Positions 22,380 through 35,252 of a DNA stretch of 64,000 nucleotides are shown piece by piece. Every line of letters begins with the position of its first letter. The stretch's first letter is position 1. The position numbers were made by a program, and so were the translations under genes. Under the pieces are notes generated by a model. The model saw only the letters and a list, made by a program, of their open reading frames with translations. It did no database searches and had not been told where the DNA came from. The stretch is from Octopus bimaculoides (taxonomy: Eukaryota). The stretch covers positions 105,233,787-105,297,786 of the forward strand of contig NC_068981.1 in assembly GCF_001194135.2 (NCBI RefSeq), in the 5' to 3' direction.

Positions 22380-23990
22380 AGAATGTAACCATAGATTCTA
22401 ATCTAGACAGAACCTGTTGCACTCCCCTGGTATCTATATATTCTCCTAAAGAAATGCAAAGGGGCTCTAGCTAGACCACTTCAGGTTCTCTTTCAGAGTT
22501 TCCTCACAACAGAGAGACTTCCCGAAAAGTTAAAGGAAGGCATTATATGCCCCATCCATAAAGGAGGTAGCAGAGCAGATGCTAAGAATTATAGATCTGT
22601 CTCTCTAACTTCCTATGTCAGCAAGGTCATGGAGTGCATTGTCAGAAAGATACTGTGTTCCTTGACACCATGGCTTTCACTCAGGCAGAAGCTGCCTTAC
22701 ACAGCTTTTGCAATACTATGACTGGGTATTGAAACAATTAATGAATCACTCAAATGTAGATGTGATATATCTTGGCTTTGCAAAGGCCTTTGATAAGATT
22801 AATCATGGGATGATATTTCACAAATTACGGAGACTCAGCATAAGTGGGAAAATTGGAGAGTGGTTGCATGACTTCGTAAAAGACAGAAGCCAAGCTTTAG
22901 CAACCAATGGAGCCCTCTCCACAGAGATATTAATAGAAAGTGGAGTTCCTCAAGGAACTGTATTGGGGTCACTACTGTTCATGGTGGCTCTTTCAGACAT
23001 GCCATCAGTTACACAGATAGCCATACTTACTAACTATGCCAACGACACAAAAGTAGTACAAACGGTCAAGGAACATTCTGATGCTAATCTTCTACAGAAA
23101 GACCTAGATGCCATATATAAATGGGTTGAGGACAACAACATGCAATTTAATGCAGGCAAATTCCAAGCCCTCTGCTACCAGCTAGTTGGTGCTCAAAAGT
23201 TACAACCATGATACTTTGGACCAAAAGGAGCAGAAATCCAAGAATCACATACGGTGCATGATCTTGGGATTGATATGAGCAACAATGCCTCGTTTCACAT
23301 GCATATCACCAAGATGGTGGCAGTGTACAGGCGAATGGCCAGATGGATTCTGAAAACCTTCAGATCAAGGGACCAGGAAACTATGCTGTCCTATGGAGGA
23401 CATTTGTCCTCAGCCATCTGGACTACTGCTCTCAACTATGGTCGCCCTACACTGTAGAATTGATAGCAGAACTTGAGGCGGTTCAGAGATACTACACGAG
23501 GAAGATTGCATCAATGGAATAGCTGAGCTATTGGGAGAGACTGAAAGAGTTTGGAGCAAAGATGTGAGAGGTATGCAGTGATATATGTATGGAAGATACT
23601 GGAGGAGCCGGCACCAAACTTTAGAATTGAAAGTTATACCAAACCTTGAGATGGACGCCACTGCACTGTTCCAAAAATCTCAGCTGTCTCATCTAGGGTG
23701 AGGACCATGTACTGCAATAGCTTAGGATTCAAGGACCCACAGCTATATAACTCTTTGCCAAAATATCTGAGGGACCTCCATGGAGTGGGAGTAGATGTTT
23801 TCAAGAAACAACTTGACCTCTTAGTTTCTAAGATCCCAGATGAACCAATATCAAGGCAGAAAACTCAAAAGATGGCAGTGATATCGAACTTTCTCCTTCA
23901 CCAGAAGCCAAACCCATAGAATTGGCCAATTAAAAGGTGATTACAATGGCAGTGCCCCAGCATGGCCACAGCCTCAAGGCTGAAACATAT
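22380..23990 (+). mobile_element. CR1-clade LINE reverse transcriptase pseudogene
   Basis: NYRSVSLTS; DVIYLGFAKAFDKINH; SGVPQGTVLGSLLF; NYANDTKV. Contains frameshifts and stops. Confidence 0.9.
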
Positions 23991-24129
23991 AAAAGAATAT
24001 ATATGTATGTATATATGTAAGGAAATAATTAAAGGTGTGTCAATAAGAATATCTATCCACAAATGAAAAAATATTTAACGAGTTTGCACCCCTTTATACA
24101 GCACTAAAGGAATGCAGTTTTAACAGTAA

Positions 24130-24720
24130 AATAAACTAATTTAAAAACAAATTAGGCAAGCAGTTTCCGAATATTATGAATTCTAACATTGACACACATC
24201 CTATAAACAACCCCACCGAATATAGAAACCAACAACACTTTAGAAAACATAGATTTTTCAAGTATAGCAATAACGATACAGGGCAGAATATGAATTATTC
24301 TGGGAGGAAACGGGAAATTGTATGGTTTACACCCCTCTTCTCCCTCCAAGTAAGAAACCTCCCTAAGTTATTTTTTAGCATTATCGATAGGAACTTCCCA
24401 CCTTGTCATAAATACCATTCTATATTTGATAGATCTTGTCTTAAATTATCCTTTTCTACCACACTCAATCTTGGATCTATCATTGCAGCCAATGACAGAC
24501 TTAAACTTAGAAATAACAAAACCAATAGAGATAACCTAGCTGACCCCAACACAAAGAACAATAATAAGGACTAAACCCGGAAACAAAATAAAAATATGTA
24601 ATTGTCGTAATGGGGAATTTTGTCCCCTTAAAGGCTTCTGTTTAAGGATAAATACCATATATAAAGTCAAAGTCTCAACCCTAAATGAACCTGGAGAATT
24701 TTGTTAATATGGATTGAAGG
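24130..24720 (+). mobile_element. Penelope-like element fragment (RT thumb to the start of GIY-YIG)
   Basis: RKREIVWFTPLFS...IIDRNFPPCHKYHSIFDR...LSFS..NLGSII, followed by a decayed CNC...CPL.G.CL...IYKVKV. Confidence 0.75.
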
Positions 24721-24759
24721 AATATATACATCAACCTTTGAATTTGTCTTCTCTCCTCC

Positions 24760-24790
<31 letters not shown>

Positions 24791-25179
24791 AAATTGTTTC
24801 TACAGCTGGATGCCCTTCCTAATGCAAACTCCTCTACAGAGCATGCCAAGCACCTTTTCCATAGTACCAGCATTGTTGAGGCCACCAAGTAACTCACAAT
24901 ATGAAGATAAGACCCCTCAACTGAATGGGATTGTAGTAAAGAGGGAGGAGGTTTTATGCTGGGAGTTAGGCTAAATTATGATAAAGGGACAGATACAGGT
25001 GTTATGCTATAGAGTGGGTACATGGCTAGCCTGCATTATATAAGGATGGGTGATAGTAGTTAAAAAGAAAACAATGATGGTGGTGATGAGATGTCAGAGC
25101 ATACTCTCAAGATGCAAGAGTGTGAATACAAGAGAGAATAGAGATTAAGAATCAGGAAAAGTAGAACTTTTGTATCTCT

Positions 25180-26200
25180 TTCTGTTCAGCATCATTAAGT
25201 GTAAATGTACCATTATCCATCTGCATATGCATATCTCCCACAACATCTCAGTTCTTTCTTATACATTTTCATGCAATCTGGAATACCTCACACTTCTGAT
25301 TCTCATATCTGTACAATATTGGTAAACCTCTTCTTTTCTGCTTCTCTCTTTGGTATATATATATCTGTCACCTTGCTTCTCTTCTAGTTACATGGTATAA
25401 TTTTCTACTTCTCCCATTTTTTCAATCCTTCCAAGTCTGTCTCTTTACTTTTGATACCTGTCTACTTCACTGTTCCACAACCACAACATTTTGGGTCTGG
25501 CTGGAAAATTGCCCCAACCACAGATTTGGTCCATCACTTTCAATAGAAAATTCCAATCCTAGCTCCTCCTTCTTCCTGTCAAGTGCTTCATCTAGCACTT
25601 CTCTAAATTTCTGAGTATTCACTGGTTCCTTAACCCTTTAGCATTTAAGCCAGCCATATCCAGCCAAAATATTCTACCTGTTTTATGGTCAAACTAGTCA
25701 CATCCAGCTTCTCATACCTACCCTACAGTGTCAGTCCAAAAATAAACAATCTTATCATTCAAATCTCAAGGCTGCAAGATAATGCAGGATAAATTCAAAA
25801 ACAATGTGAATAAATAAGCATTACATTTGGCAGAATAATCTGAATGCTAAAGAGTTAAACTTTCATATCTTCCTTTTCCAGAGTGGTTTGCATCTCTGAG
25901 TTTGAAGTTACTAACCATTAACCTATATTGAGTTGTATTTTCTCCACCTGGAAAGGACTTAGCATTCATGAGCACATGTCTGCCCCATTTTCTGGAGAGA
26001 GTGTAGTCAGTCTTTCTTGTGTGCCCAACAGATTGATTGGTGATCAGGAGACTCACTGATTTCTTGAAGTTAGAGTTGCAGATCAGGTCATTTGCATCAC
26101 AAAACCTCCTCATTTATAGGATCAAAGCCATAGCCTCAATATACACCTTGGAATCTTCTGTGTTGCAGTCCAACATATGTGTTAAAAATCACCAGGCATG
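25180..26200 (-). mobile_element. RTE-clade LINE remnant (endonuclease/RT pieces)
   Basis: FCDANDLICNSNFKK..LITNQSVGH..KTDYTL...NAKSFPGGE...QYRLMVSNFKLR resembles the RTE APE C-terminus. Confidence 0.65.
25630..25858. mobile_element. TTAA-bounded MITE (piggyBac-like ends)
   Basis: TTAACCCTTTAGCATT ... AATGCTAAAGAGTTAA. An opposite-orientation copy lies at 30779-31008 and a partial copy at ~52215-52260. Confidence 0.75.
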
Positions 26201-26890
26201 AAAATAAGCTCACTGTCATTTGTAGGTACTGGTATGGCTGTGTAGTAAAGAAGTTCATTTCAGAGCTGCATGGTTTGGAGTTCAGTCCCAATGCATGGAT
26301 TCTGCTGCTGGTGTCCTCTCCTATAGCTGCAAGTTGACCAATACCTTTTAAGTGAAATTTGGTTGATGCTAACTGTAAGAAGTCTATTGTGTGTGTGTGT
26401 GTGCATGCTTATTCTTCTTGTCTTGATATGAGCATGTAGGTTGTAATCAAAGAATTAGTCTTTGTACAAACAGTGTCATTTGATTGCAATCTCTATGAAA
26501 GTATGTTTGGATATTTCATTATTTGATAGATTATGGGGGGAAAAATCCCTACTTTGCTTGAAAAGAGACAAAGATTGGCAACAAGCAGAACATCTGTCCA
26601 TAGAAATTCTACCTCAACGAAATCTCATCTGACCCATGCAAGCATAGAAAAGTAGACATTAAAGCGATGATGGTTACAATGAAATACATGTGAGAAAGAG
26701 AGAGAATGTGTGTGTGCATGCATGCACATATATGTATGTTCGTGTGCATGTGTGTGCTCGTGTGTGTCAGTAAATATTGATTTAGAAATTACTGCAATTA
26801 AAATCTTTATTCTTGATGTAAATATCCTGATTCTGTATCATTAATCTTTTAAATTGCTAATTACTTATTGGTATATTATCTTTGAATTAG

Positions 26891-26964
26891 GATTGCCTGT
26901 GACTTTGTACAAATCAGGATTTTACCCTTTCTTGATATCGTTTCTGGTGACATTTGTCTTTCAA
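26891..26964 (+). CDS. Amino-acid permease exon 4 ((G)LPVTLYKSGFYPFLISFLVTFVFQ)
   Basis: tttgaattag|GA TTG CCT...CAA|gtaaga. 74 nt, phase 1-0. Confidence 0.9.
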
Positions 26965-27135
26965 GTAAGATATTTATTTTATTTATCCTTTTTTATTTAA
27001 GACATTAATGATGGTCAGACTGGCAGCTATTTTCATTTTAAAAGTTTTAATTGATTCTATTGATCTCTGAACTTTGTTTGGTAATTATTTCATTAATCTA
27101 TTTTGCAAAAAGGAAGACAACTGATAATGAAATTC

Positions 27136-27310
27136 CACAGGCATGGCTGTGTGGTAAGAAGTTTGCTTTGCAACTGCATGGTTTCAGGTTCAATCCCACT
27201 GCATGGCACCATTGGCAAGTGTCTTCTACTAAAGCCCTGGGCCAACAAATGTGTTGGTAGATGGAAATTGTGTGGAAGCTTATCGTATGTGTGTGTGTGT
27301 GTACGCGCAT

Positions 27311-27365
<55 letters not shown>

Positions 27366-27590
27366 CACACACATGTATGTATATGTATACATTTATGTGT
27401 GTCTTTGTATTTGTCCCTGAACACTGTCTTGACAATTGGTACTGGTTTGTTTACTTCCTCATAACTTAGCAGTTCAGCAAGTGTGATCAATATAATAATT
27501 ACCAGACTTAAAAGTAAATGCTGGAATCAATTTGTTTGAAGGTAGTCCCCCAGCATGTCTGCAGTCCAATGACTGAAACAAGTAAAAGAT
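27136..27590 (+). mobile_element. SINE family A copy with internal (GT)/(CA) microsatellite
   Basis: Same head, body and tail as 4921-5310. Confidence 0.85.
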
Positions 27591-27934
27591 AATGAATAAA
27601 TGTATTTCCACTGAGGTTCTGACATCTCTGACAGATACTCTAAGATGCACCTAAAAGACTACTGTTCAGTTTCCTACTACCAAACTTCACTCAAGAAATT
27701 TTGGTTGACTTGAGGCTTTGGTACAAGACACTTAACAACAGACATCACCAATTGATGTTTCAAAATTTTTACATTGGATATGGCCATCATCATCTGATGT
27801 CCATGCATCTACTTTGCCAAATGTACCTAAGCACAAGTGGACCTTATCAACGACAGAAATTAAGTCATATATTGGGTCATCCCATAAATAATGCAGTTTT
27901 TATACTTCTTTTATTTTCAAAATTAAGATAAACA

Positions 27935-28260
27935 AAGTTCTTTTTTAATCTAAAATGTACTCTCCTTCATTTTCTACAATGCTCTTCCATCTATCTGGTA
28001 GACTTGCAAGGCTCCTTCTTCCAAAATTGACTTGTCCATGGCGAAAAATAATCCTCTTGTTCTGACCTCGTCTACAGAATTCATATTTTTTCCATCCAAA
28101 TGATTTTGAAGGCTGTGAAATAAATGATAATCAGATGGGGCAATGTCCAGCGAATATGGTGGATGGAGCATTGTTTCCCATTCATGACTACTATTCCCTT
28201 CAAACTTTGCTTTTGTGACCTGGACATCAATGTTTTGAAACTGACCTATTTTCCATTACA
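27935..28260 (-). mobile_element. mariner transposase C-terminal remnant
   Basis: HPPYSLDIAPSDYHLFHSLQNHLDGK matches the mariner YSPDLAPSD motif. Confidence 0.85.
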
Positions 28261-29470
28261 TTTCAAACATATTCAGTGCTAAGTTGCTGAAGCAGAAATA
28301 TCATTAGAACAAATATTCTGTTCAATACCACAGGTTTGCTTTTTAGTTACTTCACCTTAACCACTTGAGCATGTCCCTTTGTGATGATGAGCAGGACTAG
28401 TGGAGGAACATCATAGCTATGTGTTGAGAGGGATTACTTGAGGTTTAAATAAGTGTAACTAAAGTAGTTTGAAGGAAATATTAACCATTTTTCATACTTT
28501 CCTCACATTAGCAAATAGGAAATAACAGTTGCTACCCAAGGACAAAAATCATGTTACACAGTGTAATGAAATTGAAAATTTTATTTGAAGTGTAAATATG
28601 TATAAAAATTATTCTTAAGAAAAAGAGATATTTTGGGTCTTCCTTGTTTGGCACACACATTCATGGAACCCTTTCCAGTTGTTTAAGGATTAATCAAGAT
28701 GTCAAGGAGTAGGGTTGGGTCTGGAACCATATGTTTACAAAGCAAACTTCTTAAACTTATATAAACTTATATTTGATTGAATTTTTATCTATGAATTTTA
28801 TTAATCTATAATTTTTCTCAGTATTCACATGCATTTCATTTTTAATAAAGTACACCTCTTGCATTACAGCTATAATGTCTGGAACTGAACCAAAAGTGGA
28901 ACCCTTATATTATGTTCATTCTTCCAGCCAAGTAGAAATAGCCAAATATCCCTCCTATAATATGCTTTTCTTAAAAAAGGAGAAATATATTTTAGTTCTA
29001 GATACACTATATCTGAATAGAAATAGGATGGCCATTGTTGGACTGTCTTTGATCATAGATCTGCTCAATGAGTGGTGATTGAAGACTTAAAGGGCAGCAA
29101 CAATATAGATGAATCTATTAGGAACCTTATACATAGTCACTTTTCCTCCTAGAAATAGTTGTCAGTTTCTTTCAAAGCACTTCCTAGAGTGTTAAAAAAA
29201 AGAAAGACACTTTGAGTAATGTTGTCCTAGATATAATACGGTAGGAAAGCTTATATCATAGTTCTGTTCAAACAATGATGAACTAGGACTAAATAACAAC
29301 TGTTTTAACTTTACTGACACTCAATCCTTCAATGTCACATTTTATTAGTATCAATCTAAGATGGCACCTGCTAAAAGCAACTGTAACAGAAACAAATGTG
29401 AGATGTCTCAATATTTTCCACTTAAGAGTCAATGTAATTTATTAAATTTATGTAAAGAAAATAATTATAG

Positions 29471-29845
29471 CAAGAGCAGGCAGAGAGCGTAAACCTCCGC
29501 CAAGGCAACACCAATGTCCTCTCAATGATTAGCCGGAGATAATTTTTAAAATGAGAATATCTGAAATAAACTCGACAGCTCTGACAAACGAGAGTGCTAA
29601 AAATGAACCTGACCGCTCTCAAAAATTAAATTTAAAAAACGGAAAAACAATCCAGAATTCTTGTCCAGTACCGGATCGATCCCAAAATCTAATTAGTCTG
29701 CGCCAGTCATGAGGCCATACATTCCTGAAAGTTACATCTGAATCCATTAAGCAGTTCTTGAGATATCTTGTCCATAGTCAAGCAAACAAACAAACAAACA
29801 TGACTGCAAACAATACCTCCACCTTCAGTAAGGCAGAGGTAATAA
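29471..29845 (+). mobile_element. Non-autonomous Helentron/HINE-like element
   Basis: 5' subterminal acctccgcc (29493-29501) is inverted relative to the 3' ggcagaggt. 3' hairpin tacctccacctt/aaggcagaggta (29814-29841). Internal (CAAA)n. Confidence 0.55.
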
Positions 29846-30087
29846 TACAAAATAAAAGGGTACTTGTCTTAAAGTAAACTTGTTTAATTTCGCAAGATTT
29901 AACTCATTTTCAATTCTATTTGTTAGTATTGTTTCTGTTTGAGCAGGTTTATTGTATGGAATTTTTCTGTTTAGCCAGCATTTAATTTGAAGTCATTTAA
30001 TCATTATTGACTGTATATTGTCTACAGTATATATTCTATTTTTAATGACAGTTGTTGGGAGGTTATCTTAAAAAGATTTTACTGTCA

Positions 30088-30450
30088 TAGATATGGCTGT
30101 GTGGTTTAAAATTTTGCTGTGCAGCCATGTGGTTTATGGTTCAGTCTCACTGCATGGCACCTTGGGCAAGTGCCTTCTACTATTCCTGCTGGGTCGACCA
30201 ATGCCTTGTGAGTAAATTTGATTAACAAAAATTGTGGAAACCCAGCATGTGTCTTTATGTTTGACCCCGCCATTATTTAATAACCAGTATTTGTTTATGT
30301 CTCCATAACTTGAGGTTCAGATAAAAGAAACCCATACAATAAGCACTAAGTGTTAAAAAAAATAAGTACTGGGGTCAGTTTGTTTGACAAAGCCCTTCAA
30401 AGTGATGCCCCAGAATGGCTGCAGTCCAATGAGTGAAGTAAAAGATAAAA
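30088..30450 (+). mobile_element. SINE family A copy
   Basis: tggctgtgtgg...cttgggcaagtgccttctacta...aataagtactggggtc...gcagtccaatga. Confidence 0.8.
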
Positions 30451-30778
30451 GTAACTGATACTGAGCAGTCAGTGATTATGCCGTTATTACCACTGTCTTT
30501 TGATAGTTCAAGTCATACAAGAAACATAACACATCAGAGAGCTTCTGAAAGTGAATTATGTATCTCGAAATGTCTTTGACAAAACACTAAATTGAACAAA
30601 ATTTAAGTCTAAAATTATAAGCTCTTTAATTATAAAGTATAAACTAACTATAGACTCATTAACTTGTGTTCTGTTTTTAAATGCAGTCACAAATAAGAAA
30701 GACAATAGAACATTAGCCTTATTGGCTGTTGAATCCACTGTCCCAACACTTGTTTACTCTGTGCATAGTCAAGAAATT

Positions 30779-31008
30779 TTAACCCTTTAATATTCAGATT
30801 ACTCTGTCAAATGTAATGCTTTATTTATTTACATCATTTTTGGATTAAACCTGCATAATCTTGTAGTTTCAAGATTTTGATGATATGGTTGTTTATTTTC
30901 AAAATGACATTGTAAGGTAGGTGTGAGAAGCCAGATCTGGTTGGTTTGAACATAAAACAAGTAGAATATTTGAACAGGGTATGGTCAGTTTAAATGCTAA
31001 AGGGCTAA
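30779..31008. mobile_element. TTAA-bounded MITE copy
   Basis: ttaaccctttaatatt ... aatgctaaagggctaa. Reverse-complement similarity to 25630-25858. Confidence 0.75.
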
Positions 31009-31293
31009 TCTCTCTCCCTAAATCCACAAATTGTAAATAAGGAAGTACAGTAATTATTCAGTGTTCATTAACAAATAGACTTAATTCTCATTGTCTCAGG
31101 CTATTTACCTGTAACTAAAAACTATGTGTCAATGAAACATTACACTGGTCAACAAGTATTTTTCATCAAGCATATGTCAAGGTGTACTTAGTGTAGTTTT
31201 TACTGCTGATTTCAAATATACAATTGGTGTTTTTGACATCACGTTCAGTTTTCAAGATGAGAAAGTTTTTTGGTTTTAGCTCATGCATTATAT

Positions 31294-31853
31294 AGAAATT
31301 CCGGATCTTTTTTAAAACGGGGGCCACATTTTTCATTAACAAAACACTTTGAAACTTGGAACACTGGTAGAATGTGTCATATAAAACATCTTTTTCTCTT
31401 AGTCTTCTTAAAAAAAAAAGAAATCCATAAGTTATTCCATGTGAAAGTTGTCGTATNNNNNNNNNNNNNNNNNNNNNNNNNNNNNNNNNNNNNNNNNNNN
31501 NNNNNNNNNNNNNNNNNNNNNNNNNNNNNNNNNNNNNNNNNNNNNNNNGGTTAAAGCAAATTTAAAATGAAAAAAGCAAATAAAACGAAGGTATGGAGAT
31601 TAAATACGCTTAACATCGCTTAATCAGCCAAAGGAGTATATATAAACAATTGAATACTTGTCAGTGATTGGTTGAAATTATCGAAATAAGACAATTTTTT
31701 ACATGAAATAAATTCGAATACAAAAATATTTTTCTGTTCTATAACACAAAATAGATAAGTATACAAAGTTTGAAAGTCTTTCCGTACCAAAAACACTACG
31801 TAAAACATTAATGAAAAATGTGGCCCCCGTTTTAAAATAGATCCGAAATTCCA
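31294..31853. mobile_element. MITE with ~45-bp TIR inserted in the Chapaev3 5' region (spans an N gap)
   Basis: gaaattccggatcttttttaaaacgggggccacatttttcattaa versus ttaatgaaaaatgtggcccccgttttaaaatagatccgaaattcc. Confidence 0.7.
31457..31548. other. Assembly gap
   Basis: N run. Confidence 1.
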
Positions 31854-34127
31854 ATTAAGGACGTGTATACATGTATTTCATATTCATCATGGAAACATAC
31901 CTTCAAAATAAACTACATTATTCAGTGCTGCATAGTTCAGATGCAATATTTCATCATCTTAAATTAACCAATCAAGTTTTTGTCTGATGAAATAGGTATT
32001 TCAGCATCTCAAATTGTCCAGTCATAATTGGTCTGATGAAATTTTTCATCATCTCAAATTCAATATAAGTATAACCATTTGTATCTATTTCCTTACTTGT
32101 TTTACAGTGTTAACAATGTCAAGACAGTGTAGAAATTGTCCTGATGTGTTTTGTTATGTCTGGGGACAATTTATTGTGAAAGCTCAAAAACGTACAATAA
32201 TACCAGAGATCAAGATTTATAAGCTATACTTTGACTGTCCTCTTGGAGATCAAGTCAAGTTATGGGCACCACATTTTATCTGCTCAGCTTGCTCAAATGG
32301 TTCATGTGACTCGTTCAATAAGAAGAAGTCCATGCCTTTGCCATTCCAATGATATGGAGGGAGCCGAAAGACCATTTTAATGACTGTTATTTTTGCAAAA
32401 TAAATGTCATCGGATTTTCTATGAGGAATAAACACAAAATTGTGTATCCCAATTTGGATTCTGCAATGAGACCTGTGCCTCACAATGGAAGTCTGTCAAT
32501 TCCAGTTCCACCAGATGATGGTATTGAAACATCAGATAATGATACTGAGGAAGATTATGTGGCTGATGACGATAGCTTTGAACCTGAAAAATTTTCCCAA
32601 GCTGAACTGAATGACCTTGCCAGAGACCTAGCCCTCTCAAAAGATAAAGCAGAACTGTTAGCATGAAGACTGAAGGAGAAGTATTTGCTAGAGCATGGTG
32701 TTTGTATAACTTATTTTTGGCAGAGAACTGTGGTTCTACAAATGTGTTTTTCTGTTGAAGGTCTACTTTGCTTTTGCAATAACATTGATGGATTTTTTGG
32801 ATGTTTATCACAAAATCATGATCCTGTAGAGTGGCGTTTATTTATTGACTCTTCAAAACAAAGTTTAAAAGGTGTACTTCTTCATAATGGTAATTTGAAG
32901 CCCTCCATTCCTATTGCACACTTCATTCATTTTCATGAATATGAGAATATGCAACTTTTACTTCATGCCATTGCCTACGAAAGATACTCATGGAAAATAT
33001 GTAGAGATTTAAAAGTCATTGGAGTGTTAATGGAAATGCAGTCAGGTTTCACAAAATACTGTTTTTCCTTGAGTCTATGGGATAATCAGGCAACTGACAG
33101 ACATTATTTGGAATCAAACTGGCAGATAAGAACATCATACCAACCAGAACTATGTAGCGTCAAGAATACACCTCTTGTAGATCCATGTAATGTCCTATTG
33201 CCTCCTTTGCACATAAAGGTTGGACTGATGAAATAGTTTGTAAAAACACCTGGGAAAAGAAATGCCAGAGTGTATGAGTATATTGTAGAAAAGTTTTCCA
33301 AAATCACACAGGTGAAGTTGAAAGTGGGTATCTTTGTCAGACTCCAAATTAGAGACGTACTCAAAGATGTCAACTTCAGGACAACACTGGATGAGCTGGA
33401 ACTGCCTACTTAGAATTCTTTCAATTGGATCTGTGAGAATTTCTTGGGCAACAAGAAGGCAATGGAGTAGAAGAATGGCATCAAGAATCTTCTGAAATGT
33501 TACTCAGCAATGAGTTGTCGCATGTCACTGAAAGTTCTTGGACTCCCATCTGGATTTCTTTGCAGATAACCTTGGAGTGTGTGATGAACATGGTGAATGA
33601 TTTCACCAGGACATTAGTGTTATGGAGAAACAGTACTAAGGCTTCTGGAATGACAGTATGCTCGCTGACTACTGCTGGACACTTTGCCGTGATCAACCAG
33701 ATCAGGAACACCACAGGAAATCCAAATCACAATGTTTCTAATTCTGTTGTTCTAACTTTGTTTTGTCTGACCCATTTTTGTGTATTCACTCTTTGTAGAA
33801 TGATAATGATTTTTAACTCAATAAACTCATTTACTTTCTAAAAATAATATGCCCTTATTTATTACATTAATGATTTCATATTATATAAATAATTATGTAA
33901 ATATGTGCATGTATCTACTGAAAAACTGATATGTGCTGCATACAAATGGAGTGTAATTTTGAAATCAACATGAAAATTAGTCTATAAAGTTGGTTTGCAT
34001 TCATAATGAGTATAATACATTTAATTTTGTTGACCAGTGTTATGTAACTGTCAATTATTTGCTAACTGTATGATTTGCTTGCTTTAAAGGCTGATTTAAT
34101 TTTCTTTTATGGGCTTATAAAATATTT

Positions 34128-34488
34128 ATGTGGACCCCAGTGGCTGTGAGGAAAATGACTTTCCCAGACTTTTTGACAATGGCAGGCTCCAGGTATCCGG
34201 TGATACTGGTGGGTGCCCCCCCCCCCCAAGTGTCACTCGTGCCATGTCAAAAACAATTGTCCAAGGGGCTGTGGCAAGGCCCCAGAGCAGGGAAAGACAA
34301 ATGAGTGCCCTGCCCTCCCATCGCAGAGAGAGGTGGAGGAGGTTGTTGGTGAAACAAAATCAACAAATAAGAAGAGGAGGGTAAGCAGCGATAGTTGCTC
34401 ACCAGAAGATCATGTGCAGGATGCGGGAGAGAAGAGGCACCCCCCAGGTATGCCGGTGGAGGCCCCGAATCCTGCAACCGGGAAAAAA
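34128..34488 (+). mobile_element. Tx1/L1-like ORF1, C-terminal half (zinc knuckle), in inverted orientation
   Basis: MWTPVAVRKMTFPDFLTMAGSRYPVILVGAPP-KCHSCHVKNNCP, then a basic/acidic tail running into the gap. Confidence 0.65.
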
Positions 34489-35197
34489 NNNNNNNNNNNN
34501 NNNNNNNNNNNNNNNNNNNNNNNNNNNNNNNNNNNNNNNNNNNNNNNNNNNNNNNNNNNNNNNNNNNNNNNNNNNNNNNNNNNNNNNNNNNNNNNNNNNN
34601 NNNNNNNNNNNNNNNNNNNNNNNNNNNNNNNNNNNNNNNNNNNNNNNNNNNNNNNNNNNNNNNNNNNNNNNNNNNNNNNNNNNNNNNNNNNNNNNNNNNN
34701 NNNNNNNNNNNNNNNNNNNNNNNNNNNNNNNNNNNNNNNNNNNNNNNNNNNNNNNNNNNNNNNNNNNNNNNNNNNNNNNNNNNNNNNNNNNNNNNNNNNN
34801 NNNNNNNNNNNNNNNNNNNNNNNNNNNNNNNNNNNNNNNNNNNNNNNNNNNNNNNNNNNNNNNNNNNNNNNNNNNNNNNNNNNNNNNNNNNNNNNNNNNN
34901 NNNNNNNNNNNNNNNNNNNNNNNNNNNNNNNNNNNNNNNNNNNNNNNNNNNNNNNNNNNNNNNNNNNNNNNNNNNNNNNNNNNNNNNNNNNNNNNNNNNN
35001 NNNNNNNNNNNNNNNNNNNNNNNNNNNNNNNNNNNNNNNNNNNNNNNNNNNNNNNNNNNNNNNNNNNNNNNNNNNNNNNNNNNNNNNNNNNNNNNNNNNN
35101 NNNNNNNNNNNNNNNNNNNNNNNNNNNNNNNNNNNNNNNNNNNNNNNNNNNNNNNNNNNNNNNNNNNNNNNNNNNNNNNNNNNNNNNNNNNNNNNNN
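34489..35197. other. Assembly gap
   Basis: N run. Confidence 1.
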
Positions 35198-35252
35198 CAG
35201 AATTAGATGCAAACTGTTTACTCAGTGTAATGCTAATCATATTGATTATTTT

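Larger units (their letters stand above)
31143..34039 (+). mobile_element. Chapaev3 (CMC superfamily) DNA transposon, ends intact, transposase disrupted (32116-~33730)
   Basis: TIR CACTGGTCAACAA at both ends with TTA target duplication. Transposase CRNCPDVFCYV..., WAPHFIC, IWREPKDHFNDCYFC, WRLFIDSS, LLPPLHIK.GLMK, HQDISVMEK...DYCWTL. Stops at ~32667 and ~33234, frameshift at ~32345. Confidence 0.85.

Noticed and set aside
28875-29078. ORF MSGTEPKVEPLYY... preceded by an acceptor-like tacag
   Set aside because: The donor is weak, it has no family motif, and exons 4 and 5 already join in phase without it.
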